DNA of 64,000 nucleotides from Steroidobacteraceae bacterium (GTDB taxonomy: Bacteria > Pseudomonadota > Gammaproteobacteria > Steroidobacterales > Steroidobacteraceae): contig DASTRL010000250.1 in assembly GCA_035761265.1 (NCBI GenBank), positions 4,166-68,165 of the forward strand, given 5' to 3'. Position numbers and translations under genes: made by a program. This document shows, in pieces, positions 9,429 through 19,333 of this stretch (positions are counted from its first letter, which is position 1; each line of letters begins with the position of its first letter). The notes under the pieces were generated by a model. It saw only the letters and a program-made list of their open reading frames with translations. It was not told the origin of the DNA and ran no database searches.

Positions 9429-10020
9429 CGAAGACGAGCGTCAGGTTGTTGGCCGGCATGCGCACGACCTGCTGGCGCTGCAGACCGTGCAGCGCCGCGG
9501 TGCGTGTGACCTCGTCCAGATCGCGCAAGCCCCATTCCTGGTTGCGACGTTTGAGCGTGGCGTCGAAGTCGAGGTTCGACTGCACGGCGCTGCCATGCTC
9601 GAGATACGGCCCGTAGAGCACCAGCTTGCCGCCGGTGCTCAGGTGGCGCGCGGCCCCGAGGCATAACGCATTGGTCGCCGACCAGGGCGAGATGTGAACC
9701 ATGTTGATGCACAGCACCGCGTCGTAGCTCGCGGCCACCGGCCAGCGCGGCGCGTGCACGTCGAGGGCGATGGGCGGCTCGATGTTGGTGAGCCCGGACT
9801 CGCGAATGCGTGTCGCGATGGCTTCGACGTGCGGCGCGTCCGGCTCCGTGGGCTGCCAGCGGATGCCGGGGAGCTCCGCCGCGAAGAAGCACACGTGCTG
9901 GCCGGTGCCCGAGGCGATCTCGAGCACCGTGCCGCTGGCCGGCAACACGGTCTCGAGCACCGTGAGGATGGGGTCCTTGTTGCGCTCGGCGGCGGCGGAG
10001 GTCAGCAGCTCATTGGCCAT
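9415..10020 (-). CDS. class I SAM-dependent methyltransferase (DUF938 family)
   Basis: MANELLTSAAAERNKDPIL...VLEIASGTGQH is a typical DUF938 N-terminus with a SAM-binding GxGxG-like motif. Start placed at Met30 of the track ORF. Confidence 0.85.
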   Translation of the reverse strand: MANELLTSAAAERNKDPILTVLETVLPASGTVLEIASGTGQHVCFFAAELPGIRWQPTEPDAPHVEAIATRIRESGLTNIEPPIALDVHAPRWPVAASYDAVLCINMVHISPWSATNALCLGAARHLSTGGKLVLYGPYLEHGSAVQSNLDFDATLKRRNQEWGLRDLDEVTRTAALHGLQRQQVVRMPANNLTLVFVRTL

Positions 10021-10128
10021 GGTGCGTGGGAAGGTGGTGTCAGGCAGGGATTGCACGGGCAACCGTGCCTGACCGCGGGCACATCCGCAATCCCTGCCTG
10101 ACTCCACTTCGGGACGCCACTGCCGCTC

Positions 10129-10275
10129 CTATCTGCCACGCTCCGCGCGGATGCGCCGCACGACGCTCCACGCGAACAGGCTGATCACGCCTAACAACAC
10201 GCCCATGAGCACCGCGAGCCACCAATGAAAGCGCGCCGCTTCGATGAGGCCCCAGCCGAGGCCGATGGGCGTCAT
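10129..10275 (-). CDS. possible 48-aa membrane peptide downstream of hslU
   Basis: Hand translation gives MTPIGLGWGLIEAARFHWWLAVLMGVLLGVISLFAWSVVRRIRAERGR: one or two hydrophobic helices plus a basic tail. It is below the track threshold. No clear RBS. Confidence 0.3.
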   Translation of the reverse strand: MTPIGLGWGLIEAARFHWWLAVLMGVLLGVISLFAWSVVRRIRAERGR

Positions 10276-10301
10276 GACGAGCAGCAAAGGTCTGGCAATT
10301 C

Positions 10302-11639
10302 TCAAAGAATGTACCGCGACAGGTCTTCATCCTTGGCCAGGTTGCCAAGATGCTGATCGACGTATCCGGCGTCGATTTCGATCGCCGAGCCACCCTTCTC
10401 CGCGGCATCGAACGACACACTCTCGAGCAGCCGTTCCATCACGGTGTGCAGGCGACGCGCGCCGATGTTCTCGGTCTTCTCGTTCACGCTGAAAGCAATT
10501 TCGGCCAGGCGGCGCACGCCATCCTGCGCGAACTTCACGTCCACATTCTCAGTGCCCATCAGCGCCTTGTACTGCGTGGTCAACGATGCATCGGGCTCGG
10601 TCAGGATGCGCACGAAGTCGTCGACCTTCAACGAATCCAGCTCCACGCGGATCGGAAAGCGTCCCTGCAGCTCGGGGATCAGGTCCGAGGGCTTGGCCAT
10701 GTGGAACGCGCCCGAGGCGATGAACAGGATGTGGTCGGTCTTGATCTGTCCGTACTTCGTGGACACCGTGCTGCCTTCCACGAGCGGCAGCAGGTCACGC
10801 TGCACGCCTTCGCGCGACACGTCGGCGCCGAAGCTATCCTGCCGGCGGGCGACCTTGTCGATCTCGTCGATGAACACGATGCCATTCTGCTCGGCGTTCT
10901 GCAGCGCACGCGCGCGCAGTTCCTCCTCGTTGACGAGCTTGCCGGCCTCTTCCTCGACCAGCAGCTTCTGCGCTTCGCGCACCTTGAGCTTGCGCGGCCT
11001 GGTGCGCTGGCCGCCGAGGTTCGCGAACATGCTCGAGAGCTGCTCCTGCATCTCCTCCATGCCTGGCGGGGCCATGATCTGCACGCCGGGCGGAATCGAG
11101 CGCAGCTCGATCTCGATCTCGCGGTCGTCCAGCGCACCTTCGCGCAGCATCTTCCTGAATTTCTGGCGCGTCTCGTTGTCGCGCGCCGAGGGTTCCGGAT
11201 CGGTCGAGAACCCCATCATCTTGGGCGCGGGCAGCAGCGCGTCGAGGATGCGCTCCTCGGCGGCATCGCGCGCTCGCTCGCGCACCTTGGCGATCTCCTC
11301 GTCGCGCGCCATCTTCACGGCGACTTCGGCCAGGTCCTTGACGATGGAATCCACGTCGCGTCCCACGTAGCCCACCTCGGTGAACTTGGTCGCCTCCACC
11401 TTCACGAACGGCGCGTTCGCGAGCTTGGCGAGCCGGCGCGCGATCTCGGTCTTGCCCACGCCGGTCGGCCCGATCATCAGGATGTTCTTGGGCGTGATCT
11501 CCTGGCGCAGCGGATCCTGGATCTGCGCGCGGCGCCAGCGATTGCGCAACGCGATGGCGACGGCGCGCTTGGCGTCGTCCTGGCCGACGATGTGCTTGTC
11601 GAGTTCGGAAACGATCTGGCGGGGTGTCATTGACTTCAA
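10302..11639 (-). CDS. hslU: ATP-dependent protease ATPase subunit HslU
   Basis: 445 aa with Walker [16 protein letters not shown] and full-length HslU architecture. Overlaps hslV by 4 nt. Confidence 0.97.
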   Translation of the reverse strand: MKSMTPRQIVSELDKHIVGQDDAKRAVAIALRNRWRRAQIQDPLRQEITPKNILMIGPTGVGKTEIARRLAKLANAPFVKVEATKFTEVGYVGRDVDSIVKDLAEVAVKMARDEEIAKVRERARDAAEERILDALLPAPKMMGFSTDPEPSARDNETRQKFRKMLREGALDDREIEIELRSIPPGVQIMAPPGMEEMQEQLSSMFANLGGQRTRPRKLKVREAQKLLVEEEAGKLVNEEELRARALQNAEQNGIVFIDEIDKVARRQDSFGADVSREGVQRDLLPLVEGSTVSTKYGQIKTDHILFIASGAFHMAKPSDLIPELQGRFPIRVELDSLKVDDFVRILTEPDASLTTQYKALMGTENVDVKFAQDGVRRLAEIAFSVNEKTENIGARRLHTVMERLLESVSFDAAEKGGSAIEIDAGYVDQHLGNLAKDEDLSRYIL

Positions 11640-12181
11640 GCCCTGAGCTCCTCGATGACGAGGTTGCGATTGGTGTAGATGCAGATGTCGGCGGCGATGT
11701 TGAGGCCCTTCTCGACGATTTCGCGCGCCGACAGGTCGGTGTTCTCCGCGAGCGCGCGGGCCGCGGCCTGCGCGAACGGCCCGCCGGAGCCGATGGCCAC
11801 GAGGTCGTGCTCGGGCTCGATGACGTCGCCATTGCCCGAGACGACGAACAGGTTCTTCGTGTCGCCCACGAGCAGCAGCGCCTCGAGGCGGCGCAGGTAG
11901 CGATCACCGCGCCAGTCCTTGGCGAGCTCGATGGCCGCGCGCGTGAGATTGCCGAATTTCTCGAGCTTGCCCTCGAAGCGCTCGAACAGCGTGAAGGCGT
12001 CGGCCGTGCCACCGGCGAAGCCACCGAGCACCTTGCCATTGCCGAGCGGGCGCACCTTGCGCGCGTTGCCCTTCATCACCGTGTTGCCGAGGGTGACCTG
12101 ACCGTCGCCGCCGATGGCGACGGCGTTGTTACGCCGCACGGCAAGGATGGTCGTGCCGTGCGGATTGAAAACTTCACTCAT
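11636..12181 (-). CDS. hslV: ATP-dependent protease subunit HslV
   Basis: 181 aa. The N-terminal TTILAVRR has the catalytic Thr after Met-processing. Located upstream of hslU. Confidence 0.97.
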   Translation of the reverse strand: MSEVFNPHGTTILAVRRNNAVAIGGDGQVTLGNTVMKGNARKVRPLGNGKVLGGFAGGTADAFTLFERFEGKLEKFGNLTRAAIELAKDWRGDRYLRRLEALLLVGDTKNLFVVSGNGDVIEPEHDLVAIGSGGPFAQAAARALAENTDLSAREIVEKGLNIAADICIYTNRNLVIEELRA

Positions 12182-12187
12182 GGAGAC

Positions 12188-13105
12188 CTACGTCTTGCGT
12201 TTCGCCCGAGGGTGGGAAGCGTCGTAGGTGCGGGCCAGGTGGGCGAAATCAAGGTGGGTGTAGACCTGCGTGGTGGAGATGTCGGCGTGGCCGAGCAGCT
12301 CCTGCACGCCGCGCAAATCCTTACTCGATTCAAGAAGATGGGTCGCGAAGGAATGCCGGAACAAGTGCGGGTAGACGCGGCTCGGCAGGCCCTGGTGACG
12401 GGCCCATTGAGCGATGCGAAGCTGGATTGCGCGAGATTTGAGCCGCGAGCCGTTGCGGCCCACGAAAAGCGCGGTTTCGTCGATGTCGGCGAGCGTCACG
12501 CGCAACTTGAGCCACGCGCGTATGGCATCGCAGGCCTTGCGGCCCACGGGAACGACGCGGGTCTTCGCGCCCTTGCCGAGCACGCGCACCGTGCGATCGG
12601 CGAGATCGACGTCGGTGAGCGCGAGGCCCACGAGCTCCGCGAGCCGCAGGCCCGATGAATAGAACAGCTCCATGATGGCCCGATCGCGCACGGTGAGCGG
12701 GTCGTCGCCGCGAATCTCGAGCAGCTGGCTGATCTGATCGACGTCGAGCGTACCGGGCAGGCGCTTCGCGGCCTTGGGGGCGCGGATCTCGAGCGCCGGA
12801 TTGCCGGCGACGACGCCCTCGCGCACCAGGTAGCCGAAGAAGCCGCGCACCGCCGACAACCGGCGCTGCACGCTGCGCGGATTCAGTCCGCCGGCGTGCG
12901 AACGCGCGGCGAACATGCGCACGTGCTGGCTGTCGACGCGCCGCCAGTCGGCGACGTTGGCCTGCCCGAGGAAATCCGCGAGCGCGCCGACGTCGCGTGC
13001 GTAGTTAGACGAGGTGTGCGGCGAAAGCCGCCGTTCCTTGGCGAGATGCGTCAGGTAGCCGCCGATCCAGCGGCGGTCGAGCGATGCCTGGGGCTCACGT
13101 GTCAC
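12188..13105 (-). CDS. xerC: tyrosine recombinase XerC
   Basis: 305 aa with the R..HxxR..Y catalytic pattern (LFRHSFATHLL, TQVYTHL). Classic dapF-DUF484-xerC synteny. Confidence 0.93.
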   Translation of the reverse strand: MTREPQASLDRRWIGGYLTHLAKERRLSPHTSSNYARDVGALADFLGQANVADWRRVDSQHVRMFAARSHAGGLNPRSVQRRLSAVRGFFGYLVREGVVAGNPALEIRAPKAAKRLPGTLDVDQISQLLEIRGDDPLTVRDRAIMELFYSSGLRLAELVGLALTDVDLADRTVRVLGKGAKTRVVPVGRKACDAIRAWLKLRVTLADIDETALFVGRNGSRLKSRAIQLRIAQWARHQGLPSRVYPHLFRHSFATHLLESSKDLRGVQELLGHADISTTQVYTHLDFAHLARTYDASHPRAKRKT

Positions 13106-13162
13106 GGCGGGAATCGGCGCCCCACTTCATCCAGCAGACGGCGCGCCATCCGCGTGCACGTT

Positions 13163-13867
13163 TCACGGCCGTGAGAGGGCGTCCGTGATCAATTCGCCCA
13201 TGCGCTTCAGGAATTCGGTGCTCATGCCCGGATGGAAGCGCTCGCGCTCGGCGCTGCCCAGCGCGAGCAGGCCCATGGAGCCGGCATCGCCCAGCGGCAC
13301 CAGCGCCACCGAGCCGATGCTGGCGGCTTCGGGGCCGAACAGGAAATCGCGCTGCGAGTCGCGCACCTGGCCGCAGCGCGGTTTGCCGGTGGCGAGCAGC
13401 GCGTCGAAGGTGCGGATGTTGGCGTCGTCCGGCGGCAGCTTGCGCAGGAATGGCTCGTGGATGTCCGGCAGCGACTCGATGGGAGCCGTCAGCAGCAGCA
13501 CGGAGTTGAACGCGTCGAAGTCCTCGCGCAGCGATGCCTCGATGGCGGCAAGCGCGCTGGGCGCGGTGGAGGCGCGCAGCAGGCGGCGCGTGAAGCGATG
13601 GATGCGCTCGGCGAGCTGATCGTTGGCGCGGGCTACGGCGATGAATTCGGCGAGGCGGCGATCCGCGTCGCTCTTCTGCTCGCGCAGCACTTCGACCTGG
13701 CGCTCGACCAGTGAGACGGTGGAGCCCGTGCGCATGTGCGGCAATCGCATGCGCGCCAGCAATGGCTGGTGACGTTCGAAGAAATCCGGGTTGAGAGTGA
13801 GGTAGCGCTCGATGCGCTCTTCATCCGTCTGACCCGCCGGCAAACCACGTGCGGTTTGTGTGCTCAT
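13163..13867 (-). CDS. DUF484 family protein (YigA-like)
   Basis: 234 aa in the conserved position between dapF and xerC. Coiled-coil N-terminus plus a GAF-like C-terminus. Confidence 0.85.
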   Translation of the reverse strand: MSTQTARGLPAGQTDEERIERYLTLNPDFFERHQPLLARMRLPHMRTGSTVSLVERQVEVLREQKSDADRRLAEFIAVARANDQLAERIHRFTRRLLRASTAPSALAAIEASLREDFDAFNSVLLLTAPIESLPDIHEPFLRKLPPDDANIRTFDALLATGKPRCGQVRDSQRDFLFGPEAASIGSVALVPLGDAGSMGLLALGSAERERFHPGMSTEFLKRMGELITDALSRP

Positions 13868-13882
13868 TTTCCTGTGGACTCC

Positions 13883-14719
13883 CTAAATCTCCACGCGCCC
13901 CGTGAAAGATACAGCGGTCGGGCCTTTCATCCAAATGTGTTCGCCGGGTCCCGGCCACGTGAGCTCGAGTTTTCCGCCGGGCAATTGCACTTCCACCGTG
14001 GCATCGAGGCGTCCATGTCGTCTGCCGACCGCGACAGCCGCGCACGCGCCGGTGCCGCACGCCAGTGTTTCCCCGACGCCACGCTCGAATACGCGCAGTC
14101 GAACGTGCGTGCGATCGACGATCTCCATGAACCCTACGTTCACGCGATTCGGGAATCGCGGGTGCTTCTCGATCGCAGGTCCGAGTCGATCCACCGGTGC
14201 GCTCGCCACCGATGCGACCGTGAGCACGGCGTGCGGATTGCCCATCGATACCGCGCCGATTTCCACTTCCGTGCCCGCCACGGCGAGCGGATACACGTGC
14301 GCTTCCGCCGAGGCGTCGAAGGGCAGGGATTTGGGGTCGAAGTTCGGCACGCCCATGTCCACGGACACGAGCTCGGGGCCGTGCACCCGCGCGCGGATCA
14401 ATCCGGCCGGACTGTCGAGCACGATCTCGCTGTCGTCCGGCGCCAATGCGCCGCGGCGCTGCAGGAATGAGGCCAGGCAGCGTACGCCGTTGCCGCATTG
14501 CTCGACCTCGCCACCATCGGCGTTGAAGATGCGGTAGTAAGCCTGTGTGCCCGCGCGGCGCGGCGGCTCGATCACCAGCGCCTGGTCGAAGCCGATGCCC
14601 GTATGGCGTGCCGACAACGCGCGCCACTGCTGCGGGGTCGGCAGGTTACCCGTGCGCGGCGCATCGAAAACGATGAAATCGTTGCCGAGGCCGTGCATCT
14701 TGGTGAAGTCGAGCTGCAT
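13883..14719 (-). CDS. dapF: diaminopimelate epimerase
   Basis: 278 aa with HGLGNDF, the two catalytic Cys contexts (EQCGNG, LACGTGA) and full-length similarity to DapF. Confidence 0.96.
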   Translation of the reverse strand: MQLDFTKMHGLGNDFIVFDAPRTGNLPTPQQWRALSARHTGIGFDQALVIEPPRRAGTQAYYRIFNADGGEVEQCGNGVRCLASFLQRRGALAPDDSEIVLDSPAGLIRARVHGPELVSVDMGVPNFDPKSLPFDASAEAHVYPLAVAGTEVEIGAVSMGNPHAVLTVASVASAPVDRLGPAIEKHPRFPNRVNVGFMEIVDRTHVRLRVFERGVGETLACGTGACAAVAVGRRHGRLDATVEVQLPGGKLELTWPGPGEHIWMKGPTAVSFTGRVEI

Positions 14720-14749
14720 GGCACGAAGAATACCTTACGATTCGCGGTG

Positions 14750-15343
14750 ATGCGTCTCACTCCCTGGCTCGTCGCCGCCCTCGTCCTGTTCGCGTTGTGG
14801 CGCCTGTACTCGCAGCGTGACATCCATCACGGTCCTGGCGTGCTGGCAGCCGCCGAACCGGAGCAGCACCTGCTCGCCGCGGCGCCCGGCATCGAGCGCG
14901 ATGATTTCACGCTGCGGCCGCGCGCCGAGTTCAGCGCCACGGTGCGAATCCTGCGGCGCGAGGACTACTCGCTCGGGGCGCTGGCCCGGCTGGTGCCCAC
15001 GGACTTCGCGGTGGGTTGGGGACCGATGTCCGACAGCGCCGTGCTCGCGGGTGTCGAGATCAGCCAGGGCAACCGGTTCTATTTTTGGCGCACGGAGAGC
15101 TGGCCTGTGTCTCGTGAGGACATCGAAAGCCACTCCGCCAACTGGCACGTGATCCCGGGCAATGCGGCGGTGCGCGCGACGCTGAAGCGACTGCGCGCCG
15201 GCAGCGTGGTCGAGCTGCGGGGGCAGCTCGTGGACATCGAGGGCAAGGAAGGCGGCATGCGCACGTCACTGTCGCGCACCGACACCGGCCCCGGCGCCTG
15301 CGAGATACTGCTGGCCTCATCGGCTCGCGTGGTCGGATCCTGA
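14750..15343 (+). CDS. membrane-anchored hypothetical protein
   Basis: Start set at ATG 14750 (MRLTPWLVAALVLFALW, TM helix); the upstream part of the track ORF overlaps dapF antisense. No recognisable domain. Overlaps the next gene by 1 nt. Confidence 0.65.
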   Translation: MRLTPWLVAALVLFALWRLYSQRDIHHGPGVLAAAEPEQHLLAAAPGIERDDFTLRPRAEFSATVRILRREDYSLGALARLVPTDFAVGWGPMSDSAVLAGVEISQGNRFYFWRTESWPVSREDIESHSANWHVIPGNAAVRATLKRLRAGSVVELRGQLVDIEGKEGGMRTSLSRTDTGPGACEILLASSARVVGS

Positions 15344-15876
15344 TGAACCTCCGGCCCGACTTTCGATTGCGCCCGGCCGTCAGCGCCGATGCCGGCAGGC
15401 TCGCAGACTTCGGTGCGCGCACGTTCTCGGAAACCTTTGCCGCCGACAACACGGTCGAAGACATGCAAATGCACCTGGCATCGACATTCAGCCCGGAAAG
15501 ACAGCGTCGCGAGATCGAGGATCCGTCCATGCTCACGCTGGTCCTCGAAGATGCCGTCGGGCAGTGGGCCGGATTCGCGCAGCTGCGCACCGGGAAAATT
15601 TCCGATGGTGTGCCGCGCGAGGGCAGCATCGAGCTGTATCGCTTCTATGTCGACAGTCCCTGGCATGGGAAGGGACTCGCCGCCGAGTTCATGCAGGCCG
15701 TCAAGCGGCAGGCACGTGCCCGCGGCGCTTCGAGCCTGTGGCTGGGCGTCTGGGAGCGCAACGCGCGGGCGCAGGCCTTCTACCGCAAGCATGGATTCGA
15801 CAAGGTGGGCAAGCAGGTGTTCGTGGTCGGCCGCGACCCGCAGACCGACGATGTGATGTGGTGTCCGCTCGCATGA
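15343..15876 (+). CDS. GNAT family N-acetyltransferase
   Basis: 177 aa with a GNAT acetyl-CoA motif region (YRFYVDSPWHGKGLAAEFM) and RAQAFYRKHGF. Confidence 0.88.
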   Translation: MNLRPDFRLRPAVSADAGRLADFGARTFSETFAADNTVEDMQMHLASTFSPERQRREIEDPSMLTLVLEDAVGQWAGFAQLRTGKISDGVPREGSIELYRFYVDSPWHGKGLAAEFMQAVKRQARARGASSLWLGVWERNARAQAFYRKHGFDKVGKQVFVVGRDPQTDDVMWCPLA

Positions 15877-16262
15877 ATGCGCGCATCGAACACGTGGCGC
15901 TCTGGGTGCGCGACATCGAGCGGGTGGCGGCGTTCTACGAACGATTCTTTGGCGCGCGCGTGGGTGCGCGCTACGAGAATCCGCGCAAGGGATTCGCGTC
16001 GCGATTCGTGCGGCTGGGCGATGGCGCGCGGCTGGAGATCATGGCGCGCACCGACGTGACGGCGCGCGGCCTGGGCGAGCAGCTCGGGCTGGCGCACCTG
16101 GCCATCGCGGTCGGCAACGAATCGGACGTGGACAAACTGGCGGCGCGCTTCGTCGCCGAGGGCGTCGCGCTCCTCGACGGTCCGCGTCGTACCGGTGACG
16201 GTTATTACGAATGCGTGGTGCAGGACCCGGAAGGCAATCGCGTGGAAGTGACCGCAGGCTGA
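15873..16262 (+). CDS. VOC (glyoxalase/bleomycin-resistance/dioxygenase) family protein
   Basis: 129 aa starting MNARIEHVALWVRDIERVAAFY. ATGA overlap with the GNAT stop. Confidence 0.85.
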   Translation: MNARIEHVALWVRDIERVAAFYERFFGARVGARYENPRKGFASRFVRLGDGARLEIMARTDVTARGLGEQLGLAHLAIAVGNESDVDKLAARFVAEGVALLDGPRRTGDGYYECVVQDPEGNRVEVTAG

Positions 16263-18856
16263 TGAGGAAGTTGTCGGCCAGTTGCCTCGCGCTGACGCTT
16301 GCGATCTTTTCGCGGGCCGGTGACGCGCCGCAGGCCGATGCGGCGCCGGTGGACGGGCCGGCCGTCGTGGTCTCCTCCCAGACCGCCAAGCCCTGGACCC
16401 GCTGGTGGTGGCCCGGCTCCGCCGTCGATCGCGCAGGACTGCGCGCCCAGCTCGAGGCCTTCGCCGCGGCCGGTATCGGCGGCGTCGAGATCACGCCCAT
16501 TTACGGCGCAAGCGGCAGCGAATCGCGCGACGTCGAATTCCTCTCGCCTCGCTGGGTGGAGCTGCTGGCATTCACGTCTTCCGAGGCGAAGCGACTTGGC
16601 CTGGGCGTCGACATGGCGACGGGCACGGGCTGGCCCTTCGGCGGGCCGGAAGTCACTGCCGCGCAGAATTCCAGCGCCATGGTGCTGATCGACGGCGAAC
16701 TCGCCGGCAAGGCGACGCAGATGAAGGTGAAACGCGCCGCGCCGGGCGGCGCGGGGCTGGTGCTGGATCCTTACTCGACGACGGCGCTCGCGAGCTATCT
16801 GGAGCGTTTCTCGACCGCGTTCCGGAACCAGCCCCGCGCCAGCCTGCGCTCGCAGTTCCACGACTCTTTCGAGTATTACGCCGCCGGTTGGTCACCGGCC
16901 CTGCCGCAGGAATTCGCGCGGCTGAACGGCTACGACATCCAGACACACGCGCGAGAGTTGCTTGACGCCACCACTGACCGGGACACCTTGACGCGGCTCA
17001 GGGGCGACTACCGCCGCACGCTGGCCAGCATGCACCTCGACTACGTGAATGCCTGGGTGGCCTGGTCGCACGCGCACGGGTTCATCGCGCGCAACCAGGC
17101 GCACGGCGCACCCGGCAACCTGCTGGATCTCTATGCGGCGGCCGACATTCCCGAGACCGAGTCGTATGGCATGACGCTCTTGCCCATTCCGGGGCTGCGC
17201 GCCGCGCCGGAGGATGTGAATCCGGATCCCGACCCGTCGCAGAACCTGATCGCACGCTTCGCATCCTCGGCCGCGCACGTGAGCGGCAAACCACTGGCCT
17301 CGAGCGAGACCCTCACCTGGCTGCGCGAGAATTTCCGCGAAGCGCCCTGGGCGGCGAAGCCGCAGCTCGACCGGCTGTTCGCGGCGGGTATCAACCACAT
17401 CTTCTACCACGGCATCAGCTATTCACCGCCCGATGCCACCTGGCCGGGATGGTTCTTCTACGCCGCGACGCAGCTCGGGCCGAACAACCCGCTGTGGCGC
17501 GACTACGGCGCCATGAATGACTACGTGGAACGCGTGCAGTCGGTGCTGCAGGCGGGCCGTCCCGACAACGACGTACTGCTCTTCTGGCCCTTCGACGACG
17601 TGGCGGACGATGACGATGCCGGCCCGCTCATGCGCCAGCTCAGCGTGCATGAGAACCAGTGGCTCACCGGATCACCTGCGGGACGTGTCGCGATGCAATT
17701 GCTCGCGGCCGGTTACAGCTTCGATTTCATCTCGGATGCGCAGCTCCGCCAGTTGCGAACGCAAGGCGGCGAACTGCTGGCACCCGGCGCGCAATATCGC
17801 GTTCTGGTCGTGCCGAGGACCTCGCGCATGTCGCCCGATACATTGGCGAGGATCGATGCTCTTGCCGAGGCCGGCGCGCATGTGCTCTTCGATGAGCTGC
17901 CCGGTGATGTGCCGGGGTACGGCGACCTGCAAGCGCGGCGCGCGGCATTGCGGAGGATCCTCGAGAAGCCCTCGTGGCGAGATCGCCTCGCCGGGGAGTC
18001 GATGACGAGCGCACTGGCAAAGCTCGGCATCCCGTCCGAGAAGATGGCGCAGCTTTCATACACGCGTCGCGCGCGACCGGACGGCCACGACTACTTCATC
18101 GCCAATCTCGGCTGCTGCGAGCGCGCATCGTGGATTCCGCTCGCGAAGCCCGCCAGGTACGCCGAGCTGCTCGACCCGCTCGACGCGCGCACCGGCGAGG
18201 CGGCGCTTTCGCGACAGGCGGGGCGCACCAGCGTCTATCTACAGCTCGAACCCGGCCGGTCGGTGATCCTGCGCACGTACCGGCGGGCCCCGAAGCAGCG
18301 CCGACTCGAACCCTGGCGCTACGTGGCGAAAGCCGGCGAAGGCCAGCGGATCGACGGCGAATGGCAGGTGGAATTCCTGAGTGGCGGACCGACTCTGCCC
18401 GCGCCGCTGCGCATGCCGGCGCCGCGGAGCTGGACGGATGCCGGCGACGACGCGCTGCAGTCCTTCTCGGGCACGGCACGCTATCGGGTGGCCTTCGACG
18501 CGCCCGCGCGGCGTGCGGATGGCTGGCTGTTGGACCTCGGCGATGTGCGCGAGGCCGCGCGCGTCACGCTCAACGGCCGGTTCCTGGGTCACGCCTGGAG
18601 CCTGCCTTTCACGCTGCGGCTGCCGCCGGGTGCGCTGCAACCGCGCGCCAATGTGCTCGAGATCGAGGTCACGAACCTGCCGGCCAATCGCATCCGCGAT
18701 CTCGACCGTCGCAAGGTGGACTGGAAGATCATGAAGGAGATCAACCTGGTCGACCTGCGCTACCAACCGTTCGATGCTTCGGGCTGGAAAGTGGCGCCTT
18801 CGGGTCTGCTGGGCCCCGTGAAGCTCGTGCCGCTCGAGGTGGTCAGCCCCCGCTGA
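16262..18856 (+). CDS. secreted glycoside-hydrolase-like protein (GH106/alpha-L-rhamnosidase-like core with C-terminal jelly-roll sugar-binding domain; specificity uncertain)
   Basis: 864 aa from ATG 16262 with a signal peptide. Blocks WWWPGSAV, GIGGVEITPIYG and GTGWPFGGP, plus the C-terminal FSGTARYR...VTLNG...LEIEVTNL, are as in this hydrolase group. Confidence 0.75.
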   Translation: MRKLSASCLALTLAIFSRAGDAPQADAAPVDGPAVVVSSQTAKPWTRWWWPGSAVDRAGLRAQLEAFAAAGIGGVEITPIYGASGSESRDVEFLSPRWVELLAFTSSEAKRLGLGVDMATGTGWPFGGPEVTAAQNSSAMVLIDGELAGKATQMKVKRAAPGGAGLVLDPYSTTALASYLERFSTAFRNQPRASLRSQFHDSFEYYAAGWSPALPQEFARLNGYDIQTHARELLDATTDRDTLTRLRGDYRRTLASMHLDYVNAWVAWSHAHGFIARNQAHGAPGNLLDLYAAADIPETESYGMTLLPIPGLRAAPEDVNPDPDPSQNLIARFASSAAHVSGKPLASSETLTWLRENFREAPWAAKPQLDRLFAAGINHIFYHGISYSPPDATWPGWFFYAATQLGPNNPLWRDYGAMNDYVERVQSVLQAGRPDNDVLLFWPFDDVADDDDAGPLMRQLSVHENQWLTGSPAGRVAMQLLAAGYSFDFISDAQLRQLRTQGGELLAPGAQYRVLVVPRTSRMSPDTLARIDALAEAGAHVLFDELPGDVPGYGDLQARRAALRRILEKPSWRDRLAGESMTSALAKLGIPSEKMAQLSYTRRARPDGHDYFIANLGCCERASWIPLAKPARYAELLDPLDARTGEAALSRQAGRTSVYLQLEPGRSVILRTYRRAPKQRRLEPWRYVAKAGEGQRIDGEWQVEFLSGGPTLPAPLRMPAPRSWTDAGDDALQSFSGTARYRVAFDAPARRADGWLLDLGDVREAARVTLNGRFLGHAWSLPFTLRLPPGALQPRANVLEIEVTNLPANRIRDLDRRKVDWKIMKEINLVDLRYQPFDASGWKVAPSGLLGPVKLVPLEVVSPR

Positions 18857-18859
18857 GCC

Positions 18860-19282
18860 TCAGACGTTCAGCGCGCGGCGCGCCTTGAACATGCAGCGAT
18901 CCATCACGGTGAAAATGCCGGCGTCGCGCGCCCGCATCGCGGCGGCTGCGTCGACCACGCCTTCCTGGAACCACAACGCCGGCACCCCGAGCCGGATCGC
19001 CTCATCGACGATGGCAGACACGTGCTCCGGCCTGCGGAACACATCCACGACGTCGATGGGACCCGCATTCTTCATCGCCGATTCGAGGCTCGGCCAGGCG
19101 CGTTCGCCGAGGATTTCCTTTGCCACCGGATTCACCGGCACGATCCGGTAACCGAACTTCTGCAACTCCTCCGCAACGTGGTAGCTCGGCCGCCCCGGAG
19201 TCTCCGACAGCCCGAGTACGGCCACGGTGCGGATGCGCTTCAGGAATGCGTCGATTTGCGGTTTTGCGGGGTTGTCGAACAT
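18860..19282 (-). CDS. CoA-binding protein (YccU-like)
   Basis: 140 aa with IAVLGLS...RPSY...G(Y)...PVNP and Rossmann-like CoA_binding_2 signatures. Confidence 0.88.
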   Translation of the reverse strand: MFDNPAKPQIDAFLKRIRTVAVLGLSETPGRPSYHVAEELQKFGYRIVPVNPVAKEILGERAWPSLESAMKNAGPIDVVDVFRRPEHVSAIVDEAIRLGVPALWFQEGVVDAAAAMRARDAGIFTVMDRCMFKARRALNV

Positions 19283-19333
19283 GGCCTGCCTCGTCTTGTG
19301 CTAGCGTCCCAGCCGCTCAACTGGGAGGTTGAC

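Noticed and set aside
10350-12039. Long ORFs 10350-11633 (+), 10444-11370 (+) and 10834-12039 (-)
   Set aside because: They are antisense or alternative frames of hslU/hslV. The hslU/hslV translations are unambiguous.
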